From: Ophelia neglecta
Lineage: Eukaryota
Reading direction: 5' to 3'
NCBI GenBank assembly: GCA_965285935.1
Contig: OZ260665.1
Coordinates: forward strand, 53,072,001 to 53,136,000
Length of the DNA: 64,000 nt
The notes under the pieces are model-generated. The model did not search any database. It was not told where the DNA came from and saw nothing but the letters and a program-made list of their open reading frames with translations. The position numbers and the translations under genes are program-made. This document shows positions 41,201 through 50,379 of the stretch, piece by piece (position 1 is the stretch's first letter; every line of letters begins with the position of its first letter).

Positions 41201-42236
41201 CTAGGGTAGTGGCTTATCGAAAAGGGTCCCTGTTGGTTAGATTATGTTTAACCGTATAATTTAATTGTCTTCTCATCTCAGCATTGAAAATACATTGCTC
41301 TGAGAACACCCAGCTTTTATTGGAGCAGTTGGGAGGATATCAGCTTGAAGACAGAGGTTTGGTGGCTATGAAGGTGTGTTGAAAACTTACAACAATAATA
41401 ACATAATTTTATATACGAGGAAGCAGCAGGCAATGAACGGAAAGGTTGTAACCAATTGGTATTGTTTTTTCAAATGCGTGAACCCTAATATCAATTGAAC
41501 AAACCTTTACTTTTCATGCGTAAAAAAATAAACACTGATAAGAGCGGACATACGTGTCTTTAGTGTCCACGAATATCAACTTGATAAAACTGCTCTGTGA
41601 TGTTTCTAGGGTAAAGGTAAACTGCGGACATACTGGGTTGTTGGTGAAGACAATCAGTTGGTTAAGGAAAGAAGGATGTCACGTTTGGAGCCCCCTAAGT
41701 CGGTTTGTGGGAATCTCAAAAGTCCTAAGTCCACACCTCGACACAGAGGGGACCGCTCTCCAAAACTACAGAAAATTTCTTCTCTGCCCCTTCTTAAACA
41801 TCAGGACAGCATGGAAAAGGACAAGGAATTAGAATGTTCAGAGACAGAAAAGTTGTTGAACGGGATGATTCCCAGCTCGCCTGGTATAGCCAACTGCGAC
41901 AAAGACTCGCCGTCTACGTCAAGGCCCGGCCTTCCGAGAAAAACGGATGATGATTGGTTCGTTTCCACAAAAAATCGCCGTAGTGCTTCAGTCAAGATCA
42001 AGTTTAATGACGAGATTATCCCGGAGAATGCGGTACTCGGAGACTTCCGGCACAGCGACACCATCTGGGAAAATGGGCGGAGAGAGATTGAAGAGAATAT
42101 TGTCAACATGTGTAATGAAGGATCGCCTTTATTGACATGCACGGAAAATCTCGAAAAAGTCTCGTCGTCTGGCACAAAAGACGCTCATCCCGGTCAGATG
42201 GTCAGACGACAATCAGCAGGAGAAACAAGAGTTTGA
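1716..42236 (+). CDS. Receptor-type (transmembrane) guanylyl cyclase gene 1, 22 coding exons; NPR/Gyc32E/Gyc76C family, most like the CG10738/eclosion hormone receptor clade
   Basis: join(1716..2246,14385..14561,24668..24794,25650..25796,26113..26294,27239..27374,27481..27632,29975..30080,32981..33059,34121..34256,34411..34581,34908..35084,35229..35397,35789..35938,36514..36697,37126..37266,37499..37622,37868..37999,39142..39253,39934..40032,41282..41373,41610..42236) = 3951 nt. All introns are GT-AG, phases match and there is no internal stop. Motifs: [23 protein letters not shown]...FPTFART, YLYDAV, TM helix, [69 protein letters not shown]. Start ATG is 1716 or 1752. Confidence 0.95.
2301..3300. 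repeat. 35-bp pyrimidine-rich minisatellite, about 28 copies
   Basis: Unit tcgcctcctctctcccatcccacatactcctcatg with point variants, decaying after about 3180. Explains the three overlapping S/P/H/L-rich ORFs. Confidence 0.97.
10507..10696. repeat. Degenerate 16-nt periodic array, about 12 units
   Basis: CTCTRAAG-like octamer at 10507, 10523, 10555, 10603, 10619, 10635, 10651, with weaker copies near 10539, 10571, 10588, 10667 and 10683. Confidence 0.7.
14385..14561 (+). CDS. rGC gene 1 exon 2 (ectodomain)
   Basis: ttctcatttcag|[59 protein letters not shown]|gtaagt. This frame is not the one listed in the ORF track. Confidence 0.93.
14745..14800. repeat. (TAG)n(TAA)n microsatellite
   Basis: aatagtagtagtaataataataat... 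read directly. Confidence 0.9.
15010..16140 (-). mobile_element. Decayed L2/CR1-clade LINE ORF2 fragment
   Basis: Minus-strand translation with frameshifts and stops: [15 protein letters not shown]; [11 protein letters not shown]...[13 protein letters not shown]; [10 protein letters not shown]...KHRPVSNLS; SAYKP..STKAALL...[10 protein letters not shown]; GVNGLAL; [14 protein letters not shown]. These match L2/CR1 RT motifs (SCxLDPIP, PLLKKP, YRPVSNL, STETALL, LLDL, YKALNGLAPxY). Confidence 0.85.
17299..17974. repeat. Diverged ~100-bp direct repeat pair (17299-17395 and 17876-17974)
   Basis: ccccc.a..aaag.tgacagt.gc...gtccatcg.cctcaatgt.tgtca.cttg.aaaccgtgac.tattg...gtttgtt.tggtatcca in both copies. 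A third partial copy lies at 18001-18016. Confidence 0.85.
18640..18866. mobile_element. MITE-like element with imperfect ~40-bp terminal inverted repeats and a GGGTTA-rich interior
   Basis: Left ggctatggattaaacgcggtagtgcggaggctctgcggagg vs reverse complement of right end ggctttgattaaaagcggaggcgcggagccttgcggagg; interior agggttagggaaagggttag. Confidence 0.65.
22417..22587. repeat. Tandem duplication, period about 91 bp
   Basis: aacaagatattt..catt..ggactgt.ataattt.att.taccattaagtgatca...ttagtaatgattt.attacgc occurs twice. Confidence 0.85.
22666..22690. repeat. (TG)n microsatellite
   Basis: tgtgtgcgtgtgtgtgtgtgtgtgtg read directly. Confidence 0.85.
24668..24794 (+). CDS. rGC gene 1 exon 3 (ectodomain)
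   Basis: attttag|[42 protein letters not shown]|gtaagt, phase 0 to 1. Confidence 0.9.
25650..25796 (+). CDS. rGC gene 1 exon 4 (ectodomain)
   Basis: tttcag|(V)[34 protein letters not shown]...DPQKYIE|gtaggc. Confidence 0.92.
26113..26294 (+). CDS. rGC gene 1 exon 5 (ectodomain)
   Basis: ttttttag|(G)[21 protein letters not shown]...[21 protein letters not shown]|gtgagt. Confidence 0.9.
26385..26700 (-). mobile_element. 3' end of an RTE-clade LINE (5'-truncated)
   Basis: Minus-strand peptide ...[12 protein letters not shown]...[22 protein letters not shown], the characteristic RTE C-terminal [21 protein letters not shown] motif, followed by a short RTE-like 3' tail (tgatgccattctcatctttgctgagcgatgcccaaacatc). 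Confidence 0.85.
27239..27374 (+). CDS. rGC gene 1 exon 6 (ectodomain)
   Basis: atttag|[45 protein letters not shown]|gtcagt; contains the family YLYDAV motif. Confidence 0.93.
27481..27632 (+). CDS. rGC gene 1 exon 7 (ectodomain)
   Basis: tttatcgcag|(S)[21 protein letters not shown]...[18 protein letters not shown]|gttagt. Confidence 0.92.
28757..28925. mobile_element. Tc1/mariner(pogo)-type MITE with TA target-site duplication
   Basis: TA|CAGTGAAACC...GAGACC at left, GGTCTTT...GGTTTTTCTG|TA at right, with internal ggtggtct-type subrepeats; 169 bp. Confidence 0.72.
29975..30080 (+). CDS. rGC gene 1 exon 8 (juxtamembrane Cys pair)
   Basis: tttttaacag|[35 protein letters not shown]|gtaggt; conserved W..G.PP.D.P.CGF...C motif. 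Confidence 0.93.
30890..31100 (+). mobile_element. SINE remnant with CORE-like central domain
   Basis: ttcctgggcaagaacctttacctcacggtgtctttcaccaccctgg...tacatgagttcc resembles the CORE-SINE consensus (CCTTGGGCAAG.CACTT.ACCTC). An upstream ggtcgattctccgg resembles a Pol III B box. Confidence 0.55.
32981..33059 (+). CDS. rGC gene 1 exon 9 (transmembrane helix)
   Basis: aacag|(S)[25 protein letters not shown](R)|gtaatt. Confidence 0.92.
34121..34256 (+). CDS. rGC gene 1 exon 10 (intracellular juxtamembrane)
   Basis: ttcatag|[20 protein letters not shown]...GGGLSR|gtaaga. Confidence 0.93.
34411..34581 (+). CDS. rGC gene 1 exon 11 (kinase-homology domain start)
   Basis: aacag|[14 protein letters not shown]...[30 protein letters not shown]|gtcagt. 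Confidence 0.93.
34908..35084 (+). CDS. rGC gene 1 exon 12 (kinase-homology domain)
   Basis: tttgcag|[16 protein letters not shown]...[13 protein letters not shown]...FDIIK|gttagt. Confidence 0.95.
35229..35397 (+). CDS. rGC gene 1 exon 13 (kinase-homology domain)
   Basis: gcttaag|[36 protein letters not shown]...YYQ|gtgagt. Confidence 0.94.
35789..35938 (+). CDS. rGC gene 1 exon 14 (kinase-homology domain)
   Basis: ttatag|(S)[10 protein letters not shown]...[16 protein letters not shown]...DLTPK|gtacat. Confidence 0.93.
36514..36697 (+). CDS. rGC gene 1 exon 15 (kinase-homology domain end)
   Basis: atgcag|(E)IIQRMM...PFRP...[25 protein letters not shown](M)|gtgagt. Confidence 0.93.
37126..37266 (+). 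CDS. rGC gene 1 exon 16 (coiled-coil linker)
   Basis: ccgaag|[46 protein letters not shown]|gtattt. Confidence 0.94.
37499..37622 (+). CDS. rGC gene 1 exon 17 (cyclase domain)
   Basis: tttctag|[41 protein letters not shown]|gtcctg. Confidence 0.94.
37868..37999 (+). CDS. rGC gene 1 exon 18 (cyclase domain)
   Basis: atgcag|[44 protein letters not shown]|gtagga. Confidence 0.95.
39142..39253 (+). CDS. rGC gene 1 exon 19 (cyclase domain)
   Basis: tttcag|[13 protein letters not shown]...LKLRIGIHS(G)|gtgagg. Confidence 0.95.
39934..40032 (+). CDS. rGC gene 1 exon 20 (cyclase catalytic signature)
   Basis: tttccag|(G)[32 protein letters not shown]|gtatag. Confidence 0.96.
41282..41373 (+). CDS. 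rGC gene 1 exon 21 (cyclase domain)
   Basis: catctcag|(A)[30 protein letters not shown]|gtgtgt. Confidence 0.94.
41610..42236 (+). CDS. rGC gene 1 exon 22 (cyclase end and C-terminal tail)
   Basis: tttctag|[13 protein letters not shown]...[10 protein letters not shown]; in frame with ORF 41658..42236. Confidence 0.9.
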   Translation, partial: GKGKLRTYWVVGEDNQLVKERRMSRLEPPKSVCGNLKSPKSTPRHRGDRSPKLQKISSLPLLKHQDSMEKDKELECSETEKLLNGMIPSSPGIANCDKDSPSTSRPGLPRKTDDDWFVSTKNRRSASVKIKFNDEIIPENAVLGDFRHSDTIWENGRREIEENIVNMCNEGSPLLTCTENLEKVSSSGTKDAHPGQMVRRQSAGETRV

Positions 42237-43030
42237 AAACACAGCTTGCCTAATAGAAAGATAACTGTCGTCTGAGATAATACTACTCTAGTATCATGGT
42301 GCCAATATCTTTTAATATTATTTACAGGCGTATGAAAAGAAGGCAAAATATCTTATGTTATAGTAGGCGTTTACCGATTTAATGAAATGGCAAATGCATA
42401 ATAGTAGTTTGAAAAAGCGGTTACTTTGATACAGTGGCGTATCCAGCGTATAAACAGATATTTAGGAGAGGAATGGCAAATACTAGTACTACTAGTCTAT
42501 AATACTTAGCGCCTATATCAATGATATGTAAACAATATTGCCTGAAACCCATATAGTTTGTTGAAGTTAAGTGCGGCTAAAACATAGAAATAAATGTATT
42601 TTTATAACTAATCCAAAAAAATATGATGCATATATATATCGTTGTTGTGACCTGGTGACAAATAATAAGTGCCCTTTGACAGCAATCTCCAAGTAGGCCT
42701 ATAAGATTAGTTGTGTATCCGCCTGGGTGAAGTGTTCCCATATTGTGCACAGATGCTCTCTTTGAGGCAGTCATTTCTGTCGTTACTACCTGATCTGTTC
42801 GGTGGTACGTATTTTTATTGCCCGATGTCGATGATGGTCTCCTCATTTTGGTGTAGGCCGTCGTCACCAATCTATTCAATCACCGAATTGCTACAAGTAT
42901 CCCCGAGAATGTAAATTTGGAACATGTTTATAATTTAATTACTCGTTTGGAATTCATCATAACAAATAGAGAAGATATTTTTTATAGATTGGATAACTAT
43001 TTTTCATAAAAAATATATCTAATACTAAAA

Positions 43031-43370
43031 AATAAAAAGTCACAGGTTAGAGCTTAATCATCCTAACAACCTGTCTGCCAGAGAAGTATTTTTCTATGAA
43101 TTGATTATCATGAACTTGATATAATAGTATTTTGCATTGTTTATTGCTTATCATGAACTCATTCTATTTGTCCCATTAAAGTTTGACTACCCTGCTCTTT
43201 GGACTAGACTTTTTCGTTCTATAAGAAATAAGGGATACTGGTGCAAGCTCCAATGATAAATGAAGATAGTTTCCATAAAATGGGCCCCACATCAATCAAT
43301 CAATCAATGAAATCTCGTTCCGTAACTGTAAATCGGTATGTATCTAAAATGAAAGGAATTAATGAATAAA
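43031..43370 (+). promoter_or_regulatory. Candidate polyadenylation signals for gene 1
   Basis: AATAAA at 43031 and 43365 and ATTAAA near 43176, 0.8-1.1 kb after the stop. The AT-rich context makes chance hits likely. Confidence 0.3.
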
Positions 43371-46300
43371 TGGACTGTTAAGTATTTTGTTAGGACTGTT
43401 AGGAAAGAAATTGCAGCAGACGTGATTTGTCAATATACTATATGCCAAAAGAAGCATAAATCCTTACAAAACGCCGCCAGTAGCAATATAAACATCAGAG
43501 TACTTAGTCTAATAACTTATTGAAATGGTCTGCTTTTTGAGGGGGAAACCGTGAGGCGATAAAAACAACAACTAGCGTATTGACTTTGTACGCTTTTAAA
43601 GGCAAAGAAACTTGTCGGGATTTAACATTACAAGAAATAGAGTGATTTATTTTTGTAATCGCTGTCTGACAGAACATTAGCTGCGGCAGATTGGCTAAAT
43701 ATCTAATTACCAGGACAGATGTCTGCCGAAAAGAAAATGATGCATTGCTCAGCCGTGGACTCATTTTATTATAAGTCAGCACACGCCTGTGTTACTGACA
43801 ACTACTATAAATTGTATACATATATTCAATTACTAAGTAGCTTCCCAGCTCTTCCAGGGCAAAGCCACAAACGAAATCTGCCATGAAAACTAACTCGCAA
43901 TTAGTAAAAATATCAGCCACTACAATGGTCCGAAGAACGGGATATTTCCAATATATTGACCGATTTTGGAATTGGAACAAACTGTAACTAAGCCTACTTT
44001 GCCGATGAAAGCTGAAAAAGGTGGCAGCCATAACTAGGTTATAAGGTGATCTAGAAAAGTTTTGGGTGAGCCTGGCATACGGGTACGAAATAATAAATAA
44101 TTCATGTGCGAACCCCTGTAAAACTTCACATCGCATTCACTTATTCACTAGGCCTAAACTTATAGATATGCTAGAGAAGCAGGGAAAGACGAACAAGCTA
44201 AGGAAATCTTAATGTAAGTTGCAGAAATATCAAATAGGGAAGCAGCTAGTATATTATTTGAATAAGTTAGGAATATCAAATGGTGATTTTGACAATTAGC
44301 CAATATCCAATGGGGAAAATGGATCTAATTGGATGCTGCTAGGAATTACCCGCATACTGTTTTAATTCTACGTAGTTCTAATCAATATTGCCATGCTTTT
44401 TGGCAAACCTCTATGGCATAACAGGAGTTATGCAAGCGCTGATATGACGTGTATAAGTTAATCGCACGATAAAAAACACCTGCCTGAGCCCGGCAGACGA
44501 ACGATGACGTATCAAAATATCAAACGCAATTTTCTCTGTGGATTGTTCCTGTCAGAGCGTCCCATGAAACATTTTACAGACAAGAACTTTAGTAGTTTTT
44601 TATGCGTGTACCAAATGTAATTGGATAGCCGTTGACACTCTCCGGGGACATACCATGAGGTTCTCGATATATTTAGGCATGGAAGTTTTAAATTAAATGA
44701 TATTTAGTGCACATATATCAATGCACAGTATAGTATGTTAAATTTTGGAGAACTACTTAAAATTTCTAGGTAACAGCGCCATTTTGACATGTTTAAACTA
44801 TAAACACCTATTTCTCATATCCAGCCATTATTCAGGTAGGCAATTAAACTCTACAGGAGTCTAGGTCAATGCGCCACCTGGTTAATCCTCTTAATTGTTA
44901 AGTTGTTAATCAATCAAGTCCTATGAATTCAAATGAACATGTGTGTTGCCGAGCGCTCCCTGGCATCAAGAAATTGTCTTTGTTTTAGTTTAGCTTCCTA
45001 TTTCACGGTTCCAACATAATTTTGTCACATGATATAACAGGCCCATATATAGTCTTATGGTTTTTGCTGCTACCAGACAGTTCAGCTAGTGCAAGAAATA
45101 CCCCATAGAATGCAAATGTAATTTTCAAAATATATCTACAGGGATGCATATTTGGTGAAATTGCCAAATACATTGCTTTTTCAAATCATGCACATCTAAA
45201 ACCTGCCAACTGCAATGATGTACTAAAGCCGAGATAGTGTTTTCCGGTGTAATTCGGCGTGGGACCTTGTTGTAATGGAGGTACAACTTTATTTGTGAAG
45301 CTAACAAAGGATATTTTTCGAAGTGAGTGCCTTCTATCGGCTATAAAACAGCTGTATTTGTAACAAATATTAGCACACCATTTTTCGAATATTATTGACG
45401 CATATTGAACGAAAAAAAGGAACCTAATTGCCTTAAAACGTTTCAAGGACGCTATGCGGAATGAAATTGTACGGCAAGATCCCAGGGCGTGATTCACATT
45501 TAAACCGTATAATATTTTTAAAAATAAAATCATTTATAAATGCGGCAATTCATCTAACCACGAGATGGCTCCGTTAAAAATCGAAAACCTTTCAAGGCAT
45601 GACTAATAAAACGAGAATTGCAAATAATCTTTACTGGTATTTTCGTCCAAGAAGCAATCACTCTGCACATAGATCCTTTAAAATCTGCTCATCTCGTCTG
45701 CACGTTTGTCCCCTGGTCTATTTCCAGTAATATCCTAGCCGGGTTTCTCTCCTGACATGACTGGAGCTTACTTATATAATTGAGAAGCTGATAAGGATTG
45801 GTTCAATGTTTAGCCAATGTGAATGCATGTCGTTTTTCAATCTGTTTTTGCTCAGGGTTTCCGTGTTGTTATTGAAGCTGTTGAATTGCCTAATACCGAA
45901 ATTGCATTTACTTTATTTATCAATGCTATTTTATTTATACAACGCCATTAAGCTTCGGCAAAACAAAACGACATTCGGGTAAATCCTATATAAAGTAGGA
46001 AGGAAACCTAGTTTAAAATACAGGAACAAGGAGATTAAGTATTTAACTATACAAATGTCGACCATAGTGGACAGTATCCTTTCACTGCCAAAATTCAATA
46101 TTGTCTTAGACGACATAATTATATGTTACCTTCCCACAAAATGATCACGTCATACAAGTTAAGTTACTATGGCAGTAAGACTCTGATCGTAGTACTTCCA
46201 AATCATTTATTCAGGTTCTGTGTTAATGTTTTGGTGTGTGGAAATACATACATGTACATCAGTCTTAATTGTGCAGTCAATTTAAAGTTAAATTTCGTAA

Positions 46301-46699
46301 TCAGTTTTAAATAAAGGCTGAGATTGACATCACCTAATTCTCAGGGACAGTTCATTTCAGACTCTTAAGGAGTATGTAACGTAAAGGGCTATAGTTTCCA
46401 CTACTCCCTGTTTTTAAATCTTGGGTCTAGGTCTCGTCTCGACCGATAGTTCGTAACGAAATGAGGGTAGCACACGAGAGGGATGAAAACGAATGGTTAT
46501 TCCGGTAAATAACGTTGCGATGGCTTTGTTGATGGAGGTACTAATGGCTGGTAACAAGGAACCTAAAGGTGATATTGAAGTAAACTGGCAACAGCACGAA
46601 CAAGGCCAAGGTAATTCACTACAAAAAAAAGACAAAATAACTATATTTTATCGTTGCTGTCATGTCAACACCTCTGACATGCTTTGCGTCTTGTTGTGA

Positions 46700-46970
46700 G
46701 TTTTGATGTAGACTGATGATTCTTTCCTCAGAATGCATGTCTTTGGCATCCACTGATAGAATATTTGATAAATGTACAAAAGGTCGTCTGATGCTGGCCG
46801 GTATGACAGGAGTTGGTAATATAAACTATCATTTAAACCCATTGATGTCAGGAAGATTGTGGTTTGCAGGTTTACATCCCGTCTTTTCTGCACGCCAGTG
46901 AGATATGTCTTCTCGCTATTCCTTTGGTCTTCTTGGACACCTGTACCGCTTGGAAGCTCTGCATTCTAGA
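46700..46970 (-). mobile_element. Possible decayed transposon C-terminal remnant (Cys-rich CXC-like end)
   Basis: Frameshifted minus-strand peptides ELPSGT...WRAE...LPD.NG...PASDDLL.FIK...SGCQ...RKN resemble the LPPT...WR...GW...PAP..LL..I.C.C..GC ending seen in invertebrate repeat ORFs. Heavily degenerate. Confidence 0.3.
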
Positions 46971-47399
46971 AACGTTGTCACATTTATAGTGACTAAGATC
47001 TAAACTCCGAAATGGTTTATATCATTTCTTGTGTTTTATGGTGGTTATTGTTCGTGCCACGGCGTGGTTTATTGGCCTATCTATTTCATCTTTCAATTAT
47101 TGTACTAAACAGTCATGAATATGTCTTCTGCAGGTTTATCTACTGTATATGTCTAAGTTTGCTCAATGGTTTCATGTGTCATACGAGCACGAAACCTGGG
47201 GTGTCAAGGAAATCCAACTTCCTGTTCCGTATATATACCTGGGTCTATTAAGCAGGGAAGACGTATTGTACGTCTCCCCTCACATTCATGAGGAGAGGTT
47301 AAGTGGGTTCCATTTCCAGTTTTGAAAATTGGCAAATCCCGAAACCCTGGATATTTCTTGCCATTACACAAGAAATAGGCAATTACCCGTATTCCGGCA

Positions 47400-48760
47400 T
47401 ATTGAAATAGCGATTGCTTAATAACGAGAAATCAAAAAGAATATTCCCAGGTCACAGATGTCGAAAGTTCTTGGTCCCGAAACACGGCAATCTAACCTTA
47501 ATGGGGCAAAATTAAAAGGTCCACCACGTACAGAGGCGCTTCTGGTAGAATTGAACACAAAGCCATCATTCTCAGCCGCCGTACGGTCTGTCAATATATA
47601 CAACCTGCTGTCGTTCAGGAATTCGATTAGGGCATGGCCTTGCTGGTTCCTGGTTTCAGCAATGGCCAATCTGTTGGGCTATTCAATGTCCAAATCTACA
47701 TTTAGGTCTGCTTTTGTTAAAGTACTGATGTAACCGGATTGATTGACCCCAGTACACATAGTCTCCCAGATTGTGAATACTAGGAAAAAAGTCAACGGAG
47801 ACACTCAACACTAGTAGATATAGTCCAAGGGGACAGTTGTTACTAGGACCAAGTGCCCTCTTGACATAAATGTCCATCGTTAAATATTTAATATCCTGGA
47901 TTGTATTGTCCCCTCTCACAGTCCCAGGGGACTTCTATTTCTTTTAAACCGGCAGGAAAATTGAAGTCGCCACAGATATAAGCCGCATCCACAGAGTTCA
48001 GTCTCATGAACATCTGAGCGAGCAAATGATAAAAGTAGGTCATCGAGTCCCGTCCAGTGGTGGTCAATAACATGCATAAATAATGAAATTGTAATGGGTT
48101 GCCATGTGGCCAAACTCTGCATCCAGAATTCCATAAAAAGCATGCAATAATATTCAAATCAAATCATTCAAACATATGGGATTTAATTTCTTTAAAAACA
48201 TACTCATACAGCGTATCACGATTCAACGGAACTATTTACACCCAGGGACATATAAATTCTTGATTAATTTCATTAGTAGTTCCGTAGCTCTCCATCAATT
48301 AAAAAAAATTCTGCCTAACTGGCATTGTATACTTCACAATAAATGGTTTTTCTCAATCACTAATGTGATCGTGCCAGCATTTGGCATTTATTATATTAAT
48401 ATTTTTAAAGTCCCTTGGGATGGGATGATCTATTCATCCGTGTTCTCAAGCGGCTGATTTTCATTCCGTATGCCATTTACCACGACCACGCCCGCGCATG
48501 CCTTGGCCGCCCCCAACTCCTTCGCAGTAACGAAGTTTATTGTTAAGCATACTCAGGCTTTCCTCAAGGCGCCATAGTTATTATATGTACACTTTCATTG
48601 GATAAATTCCTGCCTTTTTTGTACGTCAAAGTGGAAGTGAGGGGTTGCCAATATGATTAGCTCTGACGGATACATCATTTATCATTTATGTGTTGTTAAC
48701 ACCATTAAGTGCTTTTGATAGATGGACCATTCCTTTACCCGATTAGGTGGTTTATGTGCT
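47400..48760 (-). mobile_element. Decayed LINE: ORF1 end and APE endonuclease fragment
   Basis: Minus-strand peptides AAYICGDFN and RNQQGHALIEFLNDSRLYILTDR...DGFVFNSTRSASV (APE GDFN and N.HG..L..F.....L.ILNGR motifs); Gly/Arg-rich stretch near 48480-48520; abuts the assembly gap. Confidence 0.78.
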
Positions 48761-49080
48761 NNNNNNNNNNNNNNNNNNNNNNNNNNNNNNNNNNNNNNNN
48801 NNNNNNNNNNNNNNNNNNNNNNNNNNNNNNNNNNNNNNNNNNNNNNNNNNNNNNNNNNNNNNNNNNNNNNNNNNNNNNNNNNNNNNNNNNNNNNNNNNNN
48901 NNNNNNNNNNNNNNNNNNNNNNNNNNNNNNNNNNNNNNNNNNNNNNNNNNNNNNNNNNNNNNNNNNNNNNNNNNNNNNNNNNNNNNNNNNNNNNNNNNNN
49001 NNNNNNNNNNNNNNNNNNNNNNNNNNNNNNNNNNNNNNNNNNNNNNNNNNNNNNNNNNNNNNNNNNNNNNNNNNNNNNNN
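48761..49080. other. Assembly gap (320 N)
   Basis: Run of N. Confidence 1.
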
Positions 49081-50379
49081 CAAAATTTATAAATACTATC
49101 AAAATAATAACGCTATTAACAACAAATTTCTCATCATGGGTGATTATTTGAACAAGATACGTTTATAATGTTTATCGGATACTATTTGAATGCTCCAAGC
49201 TCGTACATTCTACATGGTACAGTAACGACGACATAATGACAGAGAGGGACGTTAATTGGAATTATTTTGGAAATGGCATATGAATAAATCCCAGCATGAG
49301 ACAGTTTGTCTCTGGTACTGGCCAGAGCATCCTGCACCGATGAGCTACATCGTATGGGCAGATCAATACTAACCTAATAATAAGCTATCATTGACACAGG
49401 TTCTGATATTGCCGCATAAATGATGAGTATCTCAGAATGCCCCTAATTGGATGGAGAGGAGCCCATAACTAGGGTCAAGAGAAGCCATGTACGCGACCTA
49501 CTTCTCATGGGGTTTCGACCGAAATAACCGGCCGCAAAAGATGTCAATTTTAACACATTAACCTAGCTGATTAACTCGTAAGAAAGTGATATAAATATTT
49601 TCAAAGATTTCTCGACTAATGAAGTTTGACGCCTGACAAAGTGGACGGGAGAGGGTTCTGTACTCAACTTTAAATTGACACAGTATAGTTGTATTAACTA
49701 ACCAACCAACCAATCAGCCTTTGAAGGTCATTAGCTAAGCATAATTCACTTCATCAGAAGGACGAACAGCAGATTATTTACCAAAAGGTCAAAATAAATG
49801 GGCTTTTTGTTGGACGAAATTACCATGTGTCGATATAGGCCCCGTGGTATCGTCTTTGTCATTATGATGACATTAAAACTATTCTTCAATTACTCCTAGA
49901 AATAGGCCTCAGGCAGTGTCCGTGGCCCTTTTATATATACATGTACATGTACTCATATTCACAGAAAGCCCATAGACTCATGCCGTGTCGGTTTTGCTGT
50001 GTTTCATTCGTTCATTAGCCCGATCCTGACTGAGCTATATGGCCGATCTCATCCCAATTCGATTGCAGGTGTGCAACAAAACCACTTATAACAAATGGAA
50101 AAATAACATTATACTAGCAAGACCAAGAAGTAATGCCAATGGATCATCATTATTAACGGAGTTATGTAAATAGTCTTAAATGTCTCATACATATTCTATC
50201 AATATTGTGATTTTATCCGTGTGGCAGCCGATTATGCTCCTGAAGTCGAACGCGTCATTGCACTTATACCATATGTTACCCACACACGGGAAACTCGCGA
50301 TAAATCGTCATCCTTTATATATAGATATATATAGATATATATGCATATAAAACCCTGCTCAGAGGACCCCCTCCCTGAA

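Noticed and set aside
48682-49168. Poly-X ORFs
   Set aside because: Artefacts of the N gap.
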